Source of the DNA: a virus
Length of the DNA: 64,000 nucleotides
Strand: one strand, 5' to 3'
Virus record (IMG/VR): IMGVR_UViG_3300027702_000001
Under the pieces are notes generated by a model, which saw only the letters and a program-made list of their open reading frames with translations, ran no database searches and was not told the origin of the DNA. A program made the translations under genes and the position numbers. Every line of letters starts with the position of its first letter. Within the stretch, counting starts at the first letter, position 1. Positions 17,499-27,200 of this stretch are shown piece after piece.

Positions 17499-18166
17499 TG
17501 TAGTTTATCCTGCATAAATTCGTTGATGTATTCAACAAGTAGTTGGTAATAATAATCAAGGTCTGTCTTCTGAATGATCTGCATAGATCCTTCTTCAGTG
17601 GAAATAATAGTTACAATACTATCAACCTTGACACCACACCGCTCGTAATACATCACAGCGTATGCAGTTTCTTGAACAAAGTAGTTCTCGATCCAGGATT
17701 CCTTCTTGGGTTTAGTAGAAGTTTTGAAATCAATGACTGATAACTTACCTTCATACTCAGCAATGCAGTCTACTCGACCTGCTATGCGAAGGTGATCACT
17801 GTAAAGAGGACTTTCAAGAAGATGAATGTTATTAATGTTGTTGAGAGTATCCTTAGCGGTTTTAAACATAAAACTTGCTAGTGGATTCTTTTCATCAAAC
17901 TTGACAGTTTCATTCTTCAGGTAACATTCTACCATACTATGAAACTTATTGCCACGTGAGGAAGCACGACCTGAGATCTTGTTTGCTTCCTTCTCACCAA
18001 CCCTCTTCCTCCACTTCATAATTTTGTCCTTAGTCCTGTGACTAGTGACTGTAGTGACGGATGGATACCATTTGTTTTCACCAACTTCATAGAGACGAAG
18101 ACCATTACTCTTGGTAACAGCATTCATCTCAGTCAGTGGAACTGGAGGTCCCACTAAGTTAAACAT
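17495..18166 (-). CDS. PD-(D/E)XK exonuclease
   Basis: YPSVTTV, RGNKFH, AGRVDCI, IDFKTS motifs. Confidence 0.85.
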   Translation of the reverse strand: MFNLVGPPVPLTEMNAVTKSNGLRLYEVGENKWYPSVTTVTSHRTKDKIMKWRKRVGEKEANKISGRASSRGNKFHSMVECYLKNETVKFDEKNPLASFMFKTAKDTLNNINNIHLLESPLYSDHLRIAGRVDCIAEYEGKLSVIDFKTSTKPKKESWIENYFVQETAYAVMYYERCGVKVDSIVTIISTEEGSMQIIQKTDLDYYYQLLVEYINEFMQDKLQ

Positions 18167-18168
18167 AA

Positions 18169-18921
18169 TTAAAATCCTAGATTGATTTTACTGATTAGAT
18201 ACTCACGTACCAAACCAGAACGCACGATGTCTTCGATACCAAATTCTACGCAGTCAAACGAACTCATTGTTTGAATGATCTTCATAAAATCTAGGACACC
18301 ATTTTTTTCATTTGTTTTGATGAGGTCAGACTGTGTGTAGTCACCTGCAAAGATGATCTTACAGTTCTCTCCCACCCTAGTAATTATACTATCAAGTTCG
18401 TGAAAGTTCAAGTTGCTGAACTCATCGACGATAACAATACAATTATCCATCGTGACACCACGGATGAATGATGTTGACCAGAATGAAATAGTTTCCTGTG
18501 CTCTAAGATTATCGTAAAGCATTTCGAATGCAGCATCATCTGGCATTTCGAACATATACTTTACCATATTCTTGTAAGGAATCTGGTATAGGTTTGACTT
18601 GTCTTCGTGGTCACCTGGAAGGAAACCAATCTCTCTTGTGGGTACAAGAGAACGAACCATATAAACCTTTTCATATGCATTAGAAGGTTCTAGAACCTCC
18701 TTGAGTGCCATATAAAGACTGATAAATGTTTTACCAGTACCTGCTGCACCGTGAAGGCATAAGTTTTTACCTTCAGCATAAGACTTGAAGACCCGCTCCT
18801 GATTAGTGGTGATGGGTTCAATCGTCTTAAGATGTTCTTGATTGATTGGTTTCTTTCTTCGCATCTGTTTCGCTGATCGTGAAAAGGATGAGACAGGTGT
18901 CTTTCTCTTGCGTTGTGGCAT
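18169..18921 (-). CDS. phoH: PhoH-like ATPase
   Basis: Walker A GAAGTGKT, VRSLVPTREIGFLPG, SFIRGVT, DEFSN, GDYTQSDL. Confidence 0.95.
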   Translation of the reverse strand: MPQRKRKTPVSSFSRSAKQMRRKKPINQEHLKTIEPITTNQERVFKSYAEGKNLCLHGAAGTGKTFISLYMALKEVLEPSNAYEKVYMVRSLVPTREIGFLPGDHEDKSNLYQIPYKNMVKYMFEMPDDAAFEMLYDNLRAQETISFWSTSFIRGVTMDNCIVIVDEFSNLNFHELDSIITRVGENCKIIFAGDYTQSDLIKTNEKNGVLDFMKIIQTMSSFDCVEFGIEDIVRSGLVREYLISKINLGF

Positions 18922-18924
18922 AAT

Positions 18925-19155
18925 TTAGGTAAAGCGACTAAGGTTCGCTGCAGGGTGATCTGCTTGGATCTTTTGCATCACGTTTTTGAATCCTTCGGAC
19001 TGTTTAGGTTTACCATAGACAGTACCGTTGTGTTGGTTCCCTAAGTATCTTTCCAACTCAGGATGTTCTTCTTTGTATTTATCCAGATCTTTGATCGACA
19101 TAAAATTGGATGTGATCTCACCTGATTCTTTGTTAATCCATTCGTAGGTTGGCAT
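18925..19155 (-). CDS. Small conserved protein (FmdB-like MPTY N-terminus)
   Basis: MPTYEW..KESGE; typical position upstream of phoH. Confidence 0.6.
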   Translation of the reverse strand: MPTYEWINKESGEITSNFMSIKDLDKYKEEHPELERYLGNQHNGTVYGKPKQSEGFKNVMQKIQADHPAANLSRFT

Positions 19156-19198
19156 CTATCTTAGAATAATGTGGGTGTTGAGGGTAACTTTATATAGG

Positions 19199-19435
19199 TC
19201 ATACCCAGTCGTATGTGGCATCGTCTGGGAACTCTTCTATCATATCATACGGACCATCTAATTTACGTTTGTAATCTCTTTCATCCAAGACCTCATTGAT
19301 AAGTTGTTTAAGTTCAACCTTCAATGCATCAGATAAAAGATTCATTTCGTTCACCTTCATAGGTGGGATGGCATCTCTTTGTGCTTGTATGTCGGAGGTT
19401 GTTCCACCTCCTGCTGACATTGCTTGTGTATCCAT
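19199..19435 (-). CDS. Hypothetical protein
   Basis: ORF track; coupled to upstream stop. Confidence 0.55.
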   Translation of the reverse strand: MDTQAMSAGGGTTSDIQAQRDAIPPMKVNEMNLLSDALKVELKQLINEVLDERDYKRKLDGPYDMIEEFPDDATYDWV

Positions 19436-20031
19436 TATCTAAGGTCAAGAGTTTTAGTGTGAACACCGAACAATCCTCTGATAAAAATATTAAAAGAGAG
19501 ACTCATTCGTGGTGTTAGATTTGTACCTTGTGGTACATAGTGTACTAGATGTGAGGGAAAAATACAAATCATACCTTGTTGAGGGGTAACTTTGTATAGA
19601 GAACTGTTGTACATATTCCAACCGTCAATGTCTGGTTCGATCATCTTGTACTGATTCTTATTGAAGATCAATTCGGATGATCCCTCAGGTGCTGTTAGGA
19701 ATATGACACCACTAAACATACTATTAGTATGATCGTGGGAGTCCGCTGCTTCACCATCATTCAGTTTACTGATCCAAGAATTAGTAACTTGGATGTCGTA
19801 CTTCTGACTGATACCTTGGACAGCATACACATACTGTTTGATGTGGTTGTTTGTCCATTCGACAAATCCTTTAGGCATTCTAGCAAGAATGTTAGGGTCT
19901 TGCGTTAGTGCTCCACCGCTAGGTACTTTACTGAATGAAAAACCTGACACTAGCGGAGTAACGTCAGGCATCTTACCATCATTATCAATATAAAGAGGTG
20001 ATGAAAACAATGGAACAACTTCCATCGGCAT
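19435..20031 (-). CDS. 2OG-Fe(II) oxygenase (TIGR02466-like)
   Basis: SW....HDHTNSMFSGVIFL, IFPSHLVHYV, RMSLSFN. Confidence 0.85.
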   Translation of the reverse strand: MPMEVVPLFSSPLYIDNDGKMPDVTPLVSGFSFSKVPSGGALTQDPNILARMPKGFVEWTNNHIKQYVYAVQGISQKYDIQVTNSWISKLNDGEAADSHDHTNSMFSGVIFLTAPEGSSELIFNKNQYKMIEPDIDGWNMYNSSLYKVTPQQGMICIFPSHLVHYVPQGTNLTPRMSLSFNIFIRGLFGVHTKTLDLR

Positions 20032-20750
20032 CAGTCAATCCTCAAGCAAGGTTGTAGATCATCCCAGTAACTCTCATCAACACAGTTACAATCCTCATCA
20101 GGACACCAGTCAAGAGCAGCAGAAATGATAGGGAACTGACAGATGAAGTGATTCTTCACGGTGTCAGCAATCTTTTTATGTTCTAGTTGCGTACCATTCT
20201 TCTCACGTAGTTCAATGTAATGGATCCAGTTACGAAGATTACCTGTCATATACAAACGAGTTGGTGTCGCAAGAGGTAGCACAAATCTTGCTGACTCTTT
20301 TGCAATACCATCTTGAACCATCTGTTTATACAGGTCCATCGACTCATCAAAATGTTTACGGACTAGAATCTCATACTTTTGTTTAGTGAAATCATCAATG
20401 TCATCGATGGAATTCTGTCTGTTCTTTGTATCCTGTCTGCGTAGTGCAAACAAAGGGATTTCATTTTCAATCTGTGATGCATCTGCATAACGTTGAGAAA
20501 ACTCTTGAAATGTAAACGACCTGTGCCTCAGAATCTGGGCAGCGATTGCTCTAGTCGTTGTGATCTCAAGAGTCATACTTGCTTGCTCAAATACAGACCA
20601 GTGTCCGTGCTTGATACAGTAACTCAGCAACCCAGAAATCTTAGGGTTGTCTTGATTTTTAGGGTTGCTCACACGAGCGATGTATCCAATAGTCTTTTCA
20701 GCATCAGGTGTGACGGAGACTAAGCATACCTTGGTAGGGTCAGTCGGCAT
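20031..20750 (-). CDS. thyX: Flavin-dependent thymidylate synthase
   Basis: HGHWSVFEQ, QILRHRSFTFQEFSQRYA, ESARFVLP, GNLRNWIHY. Confidence 0.95.
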   Translation of the reverse strand: MPTDPTKVCLVSVTPDAEKTIGYIARVSNPKNQDNPKISGLLSYCIKHGHWSVFEQASMTLEITTTRAIAAQILRHRSFTFQEFSQRYADASQIENEIPLFALRRQDTKNRQNSIDDIDDFTKQKYEILVRKHFDESMDLYKQMVQDGIAKESARFVLPLATPTRLYMTGNLRNWIHYIELREKNGTQLEHKKIADTVKNHFICQFPIISAALDWCPDEDCNCVDESYWDDLQPCLRID

Positions 20751-21006
20751 TAGTAATAAACCTAGTTAGTACAATCATATAAAATGCGTGCAGATAATTT
20801 AGTGCCTTTAGTCCAAAGAGGTACGGCATTAAACCATTCCAACACACCATCAGAAGTAGCGGTCCAAGGAGGAAAACTCCAATGAACTTCCCAACTTGTT
20901 CGGGAGTGACTTCATATTCTTTCTTGGCATCATCAGAGTCTTCTTTGTTAAGACCCCTGATGTATGTCATTTTTTCTTGCCAGGAGGTTGAGGGTTTGGA
21001 TTCCAT
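20740..21006 (-). CDS. Hypothetical membrane protein
   Basis: Hydrophobic FIGVFLLGPLLLMVCWNGLMPYLFG segment. Confidence 0.55.
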   Translation of the reverse strand: MESKPSTSWQEKMTYIRGLNKEDSDDAKKEYEVTPEQVGKFIGVFLLGPLLLMVCWNGLMPYLFGLKALNYLHAFYMIVLTRFITNAD

Positions 21007-21221
21007 AGTTTAGGTGAGATGCGTCCTTGGGTTTGATCAAACCTTTGAAACTTTTTTTTATACTTATCGTAGTAGTGATCAAAGATTCTACCTGTATCAC
21101 CCATCGCTATATCATACTTGGGTTTGTCGGTCTCGTCAAGATAAGTAACAAGATACGAATTGTTTGGAAGCGTCCGATCGTTACCTGCTTCTAGTGGTAC
21201 GTTCTCTTTGATTAATTTCAT
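20967..21221 (-). CDS. Hypothetical protein
   Basis: ORF track; coupled to upstream gene. Confidence 0.55.
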   Translation of the reverse strand: MKLIKENVPLEAGNDRTLPNNSYLVTYLDETDKPKYDIAMGDTGRIFDHYYDKYKKKFQRFDQTQGRISPKLWNPNPQPPGKKK

Positions 21222-21670
21222 TAACCGTTCTGACTCCGACCACCCCAGTTGATAGTTGGGAACGCTTCACTCACAACATTTTTTGTGATACGAAATTTCT
21301 TGTGCAGTTTCTTATCCTTTACAAGACAGAGGATTGCTGCTTCATCTTTGTGCAACCCTTCACACATTTGAATAAACATATTCTCACGTGTCATCTTGTT
21401 GATGTTTTCTGCACCACCCTTGATGAAGTAATAGAACTTACGTCCTTCTTTCTCTAGAAGTGTATGCTCTGTTCCTTGGGGTGCATCGTTTGGTCGGTAA
21501 GGTACTTCACCTTCTGGTACGATGGACTGTACAGACTCATCAAAGTTCCAGATGAACAATGACCTGAGTGACTGTGAGTTATTTTCTTGAAGGATTTTTA
21601 CCTTCTCTGCTTTTGTTTTAGCGTTGTGTGCTTTCTGCAGAATTTCAGAAATCATAAGTTTGAATGCCAT
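21221..21670 (-). CDS. Conserved T4-like hypothetical protein downstream of rnh
   Basis: ISEILQK..AKTKAEKVKIL...PEGEVPY...RENMFIQMCEGLH.DEA. Confidence 0.7.
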   Translation of the reverse strand: MAFKLMISEILQKAHNAKTKAEKVKILQENNSQSLRSLFIWNFDESVQSIVPEGEVPYRPNDAPQGTEHTLLEKEGRKFYYFIKGGAENINKMTRENMFIQMCEGLHKDEAAILCLVKDKKLHKKFRITKNVVSEAFPTINWGGRSQNG

Positions 21671-21672
21671 AG

Positions 21673-22542
21673 TTAAAAGTCTCCTATTTGTTGGAGCAAA
21701 TCATTTAGTTCGTTGTCTACAAGATACTTCCACACGTACTTACGTGCAGGAGGATTAAAACTCTCATAGGTATCTATAATCTTTTCTTCAACCTCTTTTG
21801 GGATACAAGAAAAGTCTATCAGAGTTTTGTTTCTTTCGTAGTTCTTTTTGTTTTCCTCAGGGATGTAGTCTAAGTTCTGTACCCAGACATCGATCTTCTT
21901 ACGTGCCAGAGGGCGCTGTCTGCGTCCTTCTAGGAGGCAGGAGTCGTCGGATAGGACGTTGGGGATTCCGTCGCTCCTATCGCCTTTGAGGATGTGCTCA
22001 GAGATATAGATGTGAGGGTCTACACCGTTCACATATTTCTTGAGACAAGGATTGTACTGAGTAACAAACCTAAAGCGTTGTAGTTGAATGAAATCTTTAT
22101 CACCAGATAGGATCAAAACTTTCTGAGCAGGTTGCATATTGTTTTGCAATCGTATGTTCTTAAGACCTTGATCTTTAACAAGGATTGCAATGATGTCATC
22201 TGCTTCTGCTCCATCAACCTCAACAACTTTATAAGGGAGTGACTCTCGAAACTCATCCTTAAGTTTGTTTAGTAGATCGAAGATGTTGTTCCAATTATGT
22301 TTGGATTTTTCTCGGTCCCTCTTTCTCGTACCTTTATAGTACGGATAGTATTCACGTCTCCAGTAATGTTTACTGTCATAACAAAGGACTAACTCACCAT
22401 ACTCTTTCCGAAACTCGTGCCTATAATTACGCAACGAGTTAAGGATCATATGGCGAACCAGTCCTTCTTGTAGTTCCTCAGATTGTGTCAAACTAACCAT
22501 AAGATTAGCGATCATTACCTGATTCATATCGACCAGGATCAT
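21673..22542 (-). CDS. rnh: T4 RNase H / 5'-3' exonuclease
   Basis: ILVDMNQ, YWRREYYPYYK, EADDIIA, ILSGDKDFIQLQ, GDRSDGIPNVLS. Confidence 0.93.
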   Translation of the reverse strand: MILVDMNQVMIANLMVSLTQSEELQEGLVRHMILNSLRNYRHEFRKEYGELVLCYDSKHYWRREYYPYYKGTRKRDREKSKHNWNNIFDLLNKLKDEFRESLPYKVVEVDGAEADDIIAILVKDQGLKNIRLQNNMQPAQKVLILSGDKDFIQLQRFRFVTQYNPCLKKYVNGVDPHIYISEHILKGDRSDGIPNVLSDDSCLLEGRRQRPLARKKIDVWVQNLDYIPEENKKNYERNKTLIDFSCIPKEVEEKIIDTYESFNPPARKYVWKYLVDNELNDLLQQIGDF

Positions 22543-22545
22543 AAC

Positions 22546-22776
22546 TTAGTCGTCGTCTTCAGCATCCAGTATATCATCATTCTCTGTGAATTTCAAGTAA
22601 AGCAGTTCGGTTTGATCTACGTTACCCTCTTCGTCTAGCATCTCAGGATGTGTGATTGACTTTGCATAGGCAGCGTTGTCGATGTATGCATCAATGTAGT
22701 CTTTCGCTGTCCAAGTTACCAGTCCACCAATTAGGAATGATCCTATGATTGCGAAGACATATAATGCTGTTTCCAT
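22546..22776 (-). CDS. DUF2973-like membrane protein
   Basis: N-terminal TM; HPEMLDEEG....LLYLKF motif; ATG start at 22776. Confidence 0.55.
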   Translation of the reverse strand: METALYVFAIIGSFLIGGLVTWTAKDYIDAYIDNAAYAKSITHPEMLDEEGNVDQTELLYLKFTENDDILDAEDDD

Positions 22777-22837
22777 CGGTCTCTCCAAGTAGTGTGAACA
22801 AAGGGTGCAATTTAGAGACCTCCTATAACGCTATGAT

Positions 22838-22845
22838 TATTTATA
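22838..22845 (-). promoter_or_regulatory. T4-type late promoter TATAAATA
   Basis: Exact motif on minus strand about 60 nt upstream of the ATG at 22776. Confidence 0.65.
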
Positions 22846-23089
22846 GAAGACCCTGGGATCTAAACTGTGTGATTGTTTCATTGCAACCACCAGTCCTCTT
22901 ACCATCAACGATTAGTTGTGGGAATGTAGCACTACGACCAAACTCTTCCCAGAATTGTGGACGTGTAAAGTTGACATCAAGTTTTTGTTCTTGGAATTTC
23001 CATCCTTTCATCTCGTAGAGTTTCTTAATCTTAACACAGAAAGGGCACCCGTCACGAGTGTAGATAATAGTAGAGTCAGGCATTGTCAT
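22841..23089 (-). CDS. nrdC: Glutaredoxin
   Basis: CPFC active site, TFPQ, GG motifs. Confidence 0.9.
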   Translation of the reverse strand: MTMPDSTIIYTRDGCPFCVKIKKLYEMKGWKFQEQKLDVNFTRPQFWEEFGRSATFPQLIVDGKRTGGCNETITQFRSQGLL

Positions 23090-23097
23090 TAGAGAAT

Positions 23098-23121
23098 AAA
23101 AAAGGGAGCACTCTGCTCCCT
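23098..23121 (-). terminator. Rho-independent terminator
   Basis: AGGGAGCA GAG TGCTCCCT followed by T-tract on minus strand. Confidence 0.75.
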
Positions 23122-23145
23122 AGTATCTATTATAGTAAGTAAACC

Positions 23146-23514
23146 TTAGAAAGCGTACTTAACTCCGAGTTTACCACCGTAACCAGTGTCAACAGTCTCG
23201 CTAGTGAGGAATGAAACTTCACCATATACTCCAACTGCCTCTGAAACAGCAAGTCCAAGACCTGCCTTACCTGAGAACTCAGTGTCGCTGTCAGCACCGT
23301 CTACAGCGATCACAGATGGACCCGCTTGCACGTAGTATGAAGCAGAACCAGTAGTACCTTCGTACCCCACGTGAAGATCTGTAGTGGCACCAGTGTAATT
23401 TGAACCAGTCCATCCAGCGTTTGTTTCCACGTTAACGTAGGGTCCTGCAAGGACCGCAGATGGGGCAGCAATAGCAGTTGCAGCGGCAAGAGCAGCGAAT
23501 GCAGATTTGATCAT
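23146..23514 (-). CDS. Small outer-membrane beta-barrel-like protein
   Basis: Signal peptide, alternating beta strands (DLHVGYEG, YYVQAGP, GVYGEVSF), C-terminal GVKYAF beta-signal. Confidence 0.7.
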   Translation of the reverse strand: MIKSAFAALAAATAIAAPSAVLAGPYVNVETNAGWTGSNYTGATTDLHVGYEGTTGSASYYVQAGPSVIAVDGADSDTEFSGKAGLGLAVSEAVGVYGEVSFLTSETVDTGYGGKLGVKYAF

Positions 23515-23579
23515 TTAAAAAAACTCCTTAAAATTAGTGTGAACGATTCGTGATGCGATACGATTCGGGCACGAATGAT

Positions 23580-23587
23580 TATTTATA
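23580..23587 (-). promoter_or_regulatory. T4-type late promoter with 5' leader hairpin
   Basis: TATAAATA then ATTCGTG...CACGAAT stem, then AAGGAG SD before the OMP gene. Confidence 0.7.
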
Positions 23588-23610
23588 CACAACTTTGTTT
23601 CATTGTGTAA

Positions 23611-23695
23611 CGGAAAAGGTGGGATTCGAACCCACGGATGCCTTCACATCGCTGGTTTTCAAGACCAGTGCCATCAACCACTCGACCACTTTTCC
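23611..23695 (-). tRNA. tRNA-Ser(TGA)
   Basis: GGAAAAG acceptor stem, CTGGT CT-TGA-AA ACCAG anticodon arm, long variable arm, GGTTCGAATCC T-loop; no encoded CCA. Confidence 0.92.
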
Positions 23696-23883
23696 TTGTA
23701 TTGAAATAACCCAGAGCGATCATACACCAAACGGTAGTTATCTGTCAACACATAGTGTCCTGTTATGTCGCTTCCATCACAATGGTACCCATAGGAGACT
23801 ACGGACTCGTAAACCCCATCAATACAGAACTTTTTCTCTTTATTCTCCAAATAAGAATGGTAATATTCGTCAAGATTGAGCAT
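23674..23883 (-). CDS. Hypothetical protein
   Basis: ORF track; 3' end overlaps the tRNA 5' end. Confidence 0.45.
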   Translation of the reverse strand: MLNLDEYYHSYLENKEKKFCIDGVYESVVSYGYHCDGSDITGHYVLTDNYRLVYDRSGLFQYKEKWSSG

Positions 23884-24055
23884 TGATTTCTCCCAATTTC
23901 TTGTGGCAATACTCTACTAATTCGTCACGATAATTTAAGAGTTCATCGTAACATTCTTGGTTGTGTGCACACGCTCTGAGTTTAGAATCAGGTTTGTGCA
24001 GACTCTCTATCAGCAGTGTCATCCCCCGAATCTTTTGATCCTTCGTTGATGGCAT
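23870..24055 (-). CDS. Hypothetical protein
   Basis: MPSTKDQKIRG...; later ATG chosen. Confidence 0.5.
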   Translation of the reverse strand: MPSTKDQKIRGMTLLIESLHKPDSKLRACAHNQECYDELLNYRDELVEYCHKKLGEINAQS

Positions 24056-24257
24056 CAGTGGTGTCCTCCTGTGTGGGTTTCGTAACATTATATAGGGTTT
24101 GGTCCAATCTTGCAACCTCCCCTAAGGGTGACTTAAAAAACTTTCTGATTTTTTTAAGTTTCTTTTTTGCCTTCGCTTGATCTCCAGACTTGAGTGCTCC
24201 TTTAACAGCATCCAACTCCATCTTAGATTTCATAAAGCGTCTGTCCCAGTAGTCCAT
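23988..24257 (-). CDS. Hypothetical protein
   Basis: ORF track; TAATG coupling to upstream large gene. Confidence 0.5.
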   Translation of the reverse strand: MDYWDRRFMKSKMELDAVKGALKSGDQAKAKKKLKKIRKFFKSPLGEVARLDQTLYNVTKPTQEDTTDAINEGSKDSGDDTADRESAQT

Positions 24258-27200
24258 TAGTAAGTATCTTTGATGATTATATTGAACTGCCTAACCTGTG
24301 TAGGTTGATAAGGCGTCCTATTACTATACCATACCGTGCTCGTTTTGTCGTGCATTGATTGGTAGATTGCCATTCTAGCATTACGTTTGAATCTAGCGGT
24401 GGTGGCATCACGTACAAGAACTTTCTGAGGTAGGTTGTTTTGACTAGGGAAGTAAGGAGACGATGGTTCATCACCATCAGTAATCTGCAATTGCTCAGGT
24501 GGCCACTGAACATTAATCACATCTTCCTTATCATATCTCTTACCGTAATCAAATACTTGTGAGATTCTTACCATACCAAACCATCCATACTTGTCAAACT
24601 TATACGCATCACCAGACTCATAGTTGTCCTGACGTGTAACTCTAATCCTCATTCTAAAACGTAGTCCTTTCCTATCCTCGTAGTCTGTTGCGAACACCAC
24701 ATCATTACCTGCTGTAGTTTGTTCCAACCAATACTGATGGAATGATGTTGCATTTCCATTCTCATATAAGAAGAAACTCTGGAAGATCTCATTCATATTA
24801 ACTGCATACTCATTACCTGTAGTGCTCTGGTTGTTTACCACAGTCACATCTGGTTGTCTAGGAATTGTTATGTCACCATATGCACCAAGAGCAATGTCTT
24901 GAATCATACCTTGCATTTCAGAAGCGTCAGGACATTGATCACCATTGATCCCAGTCACTTTGAATCCTATCTTATAGAAATCAGGACCAACCCAATTGAT
25001 ACCATCATATCCATTTTCATCTTGATTGAAATACTCATCCTGATCTTCAATCTTCAGATTAAATTCATCACCAACTTTAAAACCACCCACACCCCAGTCT
25101 TCAATACTATCAAGGTACCATCTGACATAATACTGGTATGCATCTTCAACAAGATACTTGAGTCTCACTGAGAATCCATTCTTTGCGACGACATCAACGT
25201 AACCTATGTCACCATCACCCATTTCTTGTGCAATATCTCTACCATTAATGATCCTACATCTCTGTGATGCTCTCTCAGGATGATTCAAATAGACGTTTGC
25301 TGCTTGATCCACTACCTTATTTGTTATTACAGTTGTATAATCTTCCTTATCTGGGTCAGCATCCAAGTGATTATTCCAAACAAATAACTGACCACTGACA
25401 GGTAGACCACACGGTTCAGTAATCGCAGGACCTGATTGTGGTTGTCCCTCTGCTTGATCTTTACTGTCAGTTCCATAACTGTGTGACTGTGTAAGTAAAT
25501 TGACAGTCCAAGTGTTGACGTATGTACCTTCCGATTCGTCTCTGATTGCGAATGCAGGAGATGCTTTTCCGTTGTAGTGTCCTGTATTAATTGACTTAAT
25601 TTTAAACACTAAGTTGTCTCCCTTCTCCACATCAAAAGTATGTAAGACAGCACCGATCCTTTTCCATTCAGATACTAGTGATCTCTCTTCATAGATTACA
25701 TTACCATTTAATTTAAGTTGCCAAGTAAACTTAGTACAGTCACCATAACCTGCAGTCATACCACCGTGTGATCTGATCGTTAGTGTTGTAGATTTTGCAA
25801 TCTTAACTCTCTGTACTCTGTTAATACTATTTGCATAGTCACCCTTACATTTACCACACTCCCACGTGTCAGCACCTGTCTTAGGATGTTCGTGATAGGA
25901 ACCACATTCTGTACGAACCAACATCACATCACCAAATGACCCCTTCCTAAATGCTTTCTTCTCACAGTCATCTTGTACGTTGATGTTTGCCATAACTGGT
26001 TGAGCAGGTTCAGCGAACACATAACATTCAATACCTTCGTAGTAGTATTCACTTTCACCATACCCTACTCTATATGATATACGAACATCGTTATAGTCCT
26101 CATCACCATCGAACAAGTCTTCCCAATATTGCCAAACATTATCTGGCCACTTAGTCTGATCCCTTTTATCTGGATTCAATCTCCTGTCTGAGAAAAATAC
26201 ATATCCTTTTTGTTTAGGATGACTGTTCTCATTAGTGGTCCATCCAGGACCGTGTGTATTGTTGTGTGCTGAGAATGTGATGTCATCACCAGTGTTTGTA
26301 CCACCATTATTACCATCAGGAATTATAAAGAACCCAAGATTACAAGGCATATAAGAATTGATCTCGTCTCTAGGAATCTTTCTATGGAAAGTACCCGATG
26401 CATCAGTAGCATTACTTAGAAGAACCCGACCGAAGATAGGTTCATTGTCTGAGTTGGTTACATACCATCCAAAGGTATTCTCATAGGAAGCACCACCACG
26501 TCGTACGTTAAGTTGAATCTTAAGTGCAGACTCAGCGGGGGTTTCAAACCTGAATATATTATTCTTGAGATCTGGTGCGCTCGCTACATTACCAAGTGAT
26601 TCAATTGAATACTTGTGATCATTACCCTCAAAACTATAGTAACGATGTAGAGGTGCAGGTTTCTCTCCCTCCATCAGTTCTGAAATCATATCTTCTGCCT
26701 CTCTATATCCATAGAAAAGAATCTCATCACGTGGTTGGTAACCACCATCATCTAGGTCACCACTCTCACCTGCAATATCAGATACCAACTGAGTGTCTTG
26801 TCTAGATGCTGAGAAAGTTCTATGTACTGAAACACTACGTCCTGTATTTGATGGGACTACGTTGCCATAAAATGATACACCTACCTGCTGATAACCTGCA
26901 TCAGGTGTATCTGAAAGACTATACCTATGATCTCTACCAATATTATTATTACCTAAGATAGAAAACCTTGCGTTGGCATCATTACCATCATTGTCTTTGA
27001 ATGCAATCGACTTGTTGTCACCATAGTTCTTATCATTGTCAACAGAATATCCAGAACCAGATAGACCTGAGTAAGAAATACTATGGTCCCCAGGTGAGAG
27101 TGTGATTGCTATTGTTTGCTTTCCTTTCTCCCCAACTCTAGTAAAAGTAGTTCCACTAACAGTAACAGTATCTACAGCAATGCCTGCTGTTCTAGGGTTA

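Noticed and set aside
17495-18166. Cas4-like nuclease as a sign of CRISPR
   Set aside because: No repeat-spacer array or other cas genes seen; this is the usual phage exonuclease next to phoH
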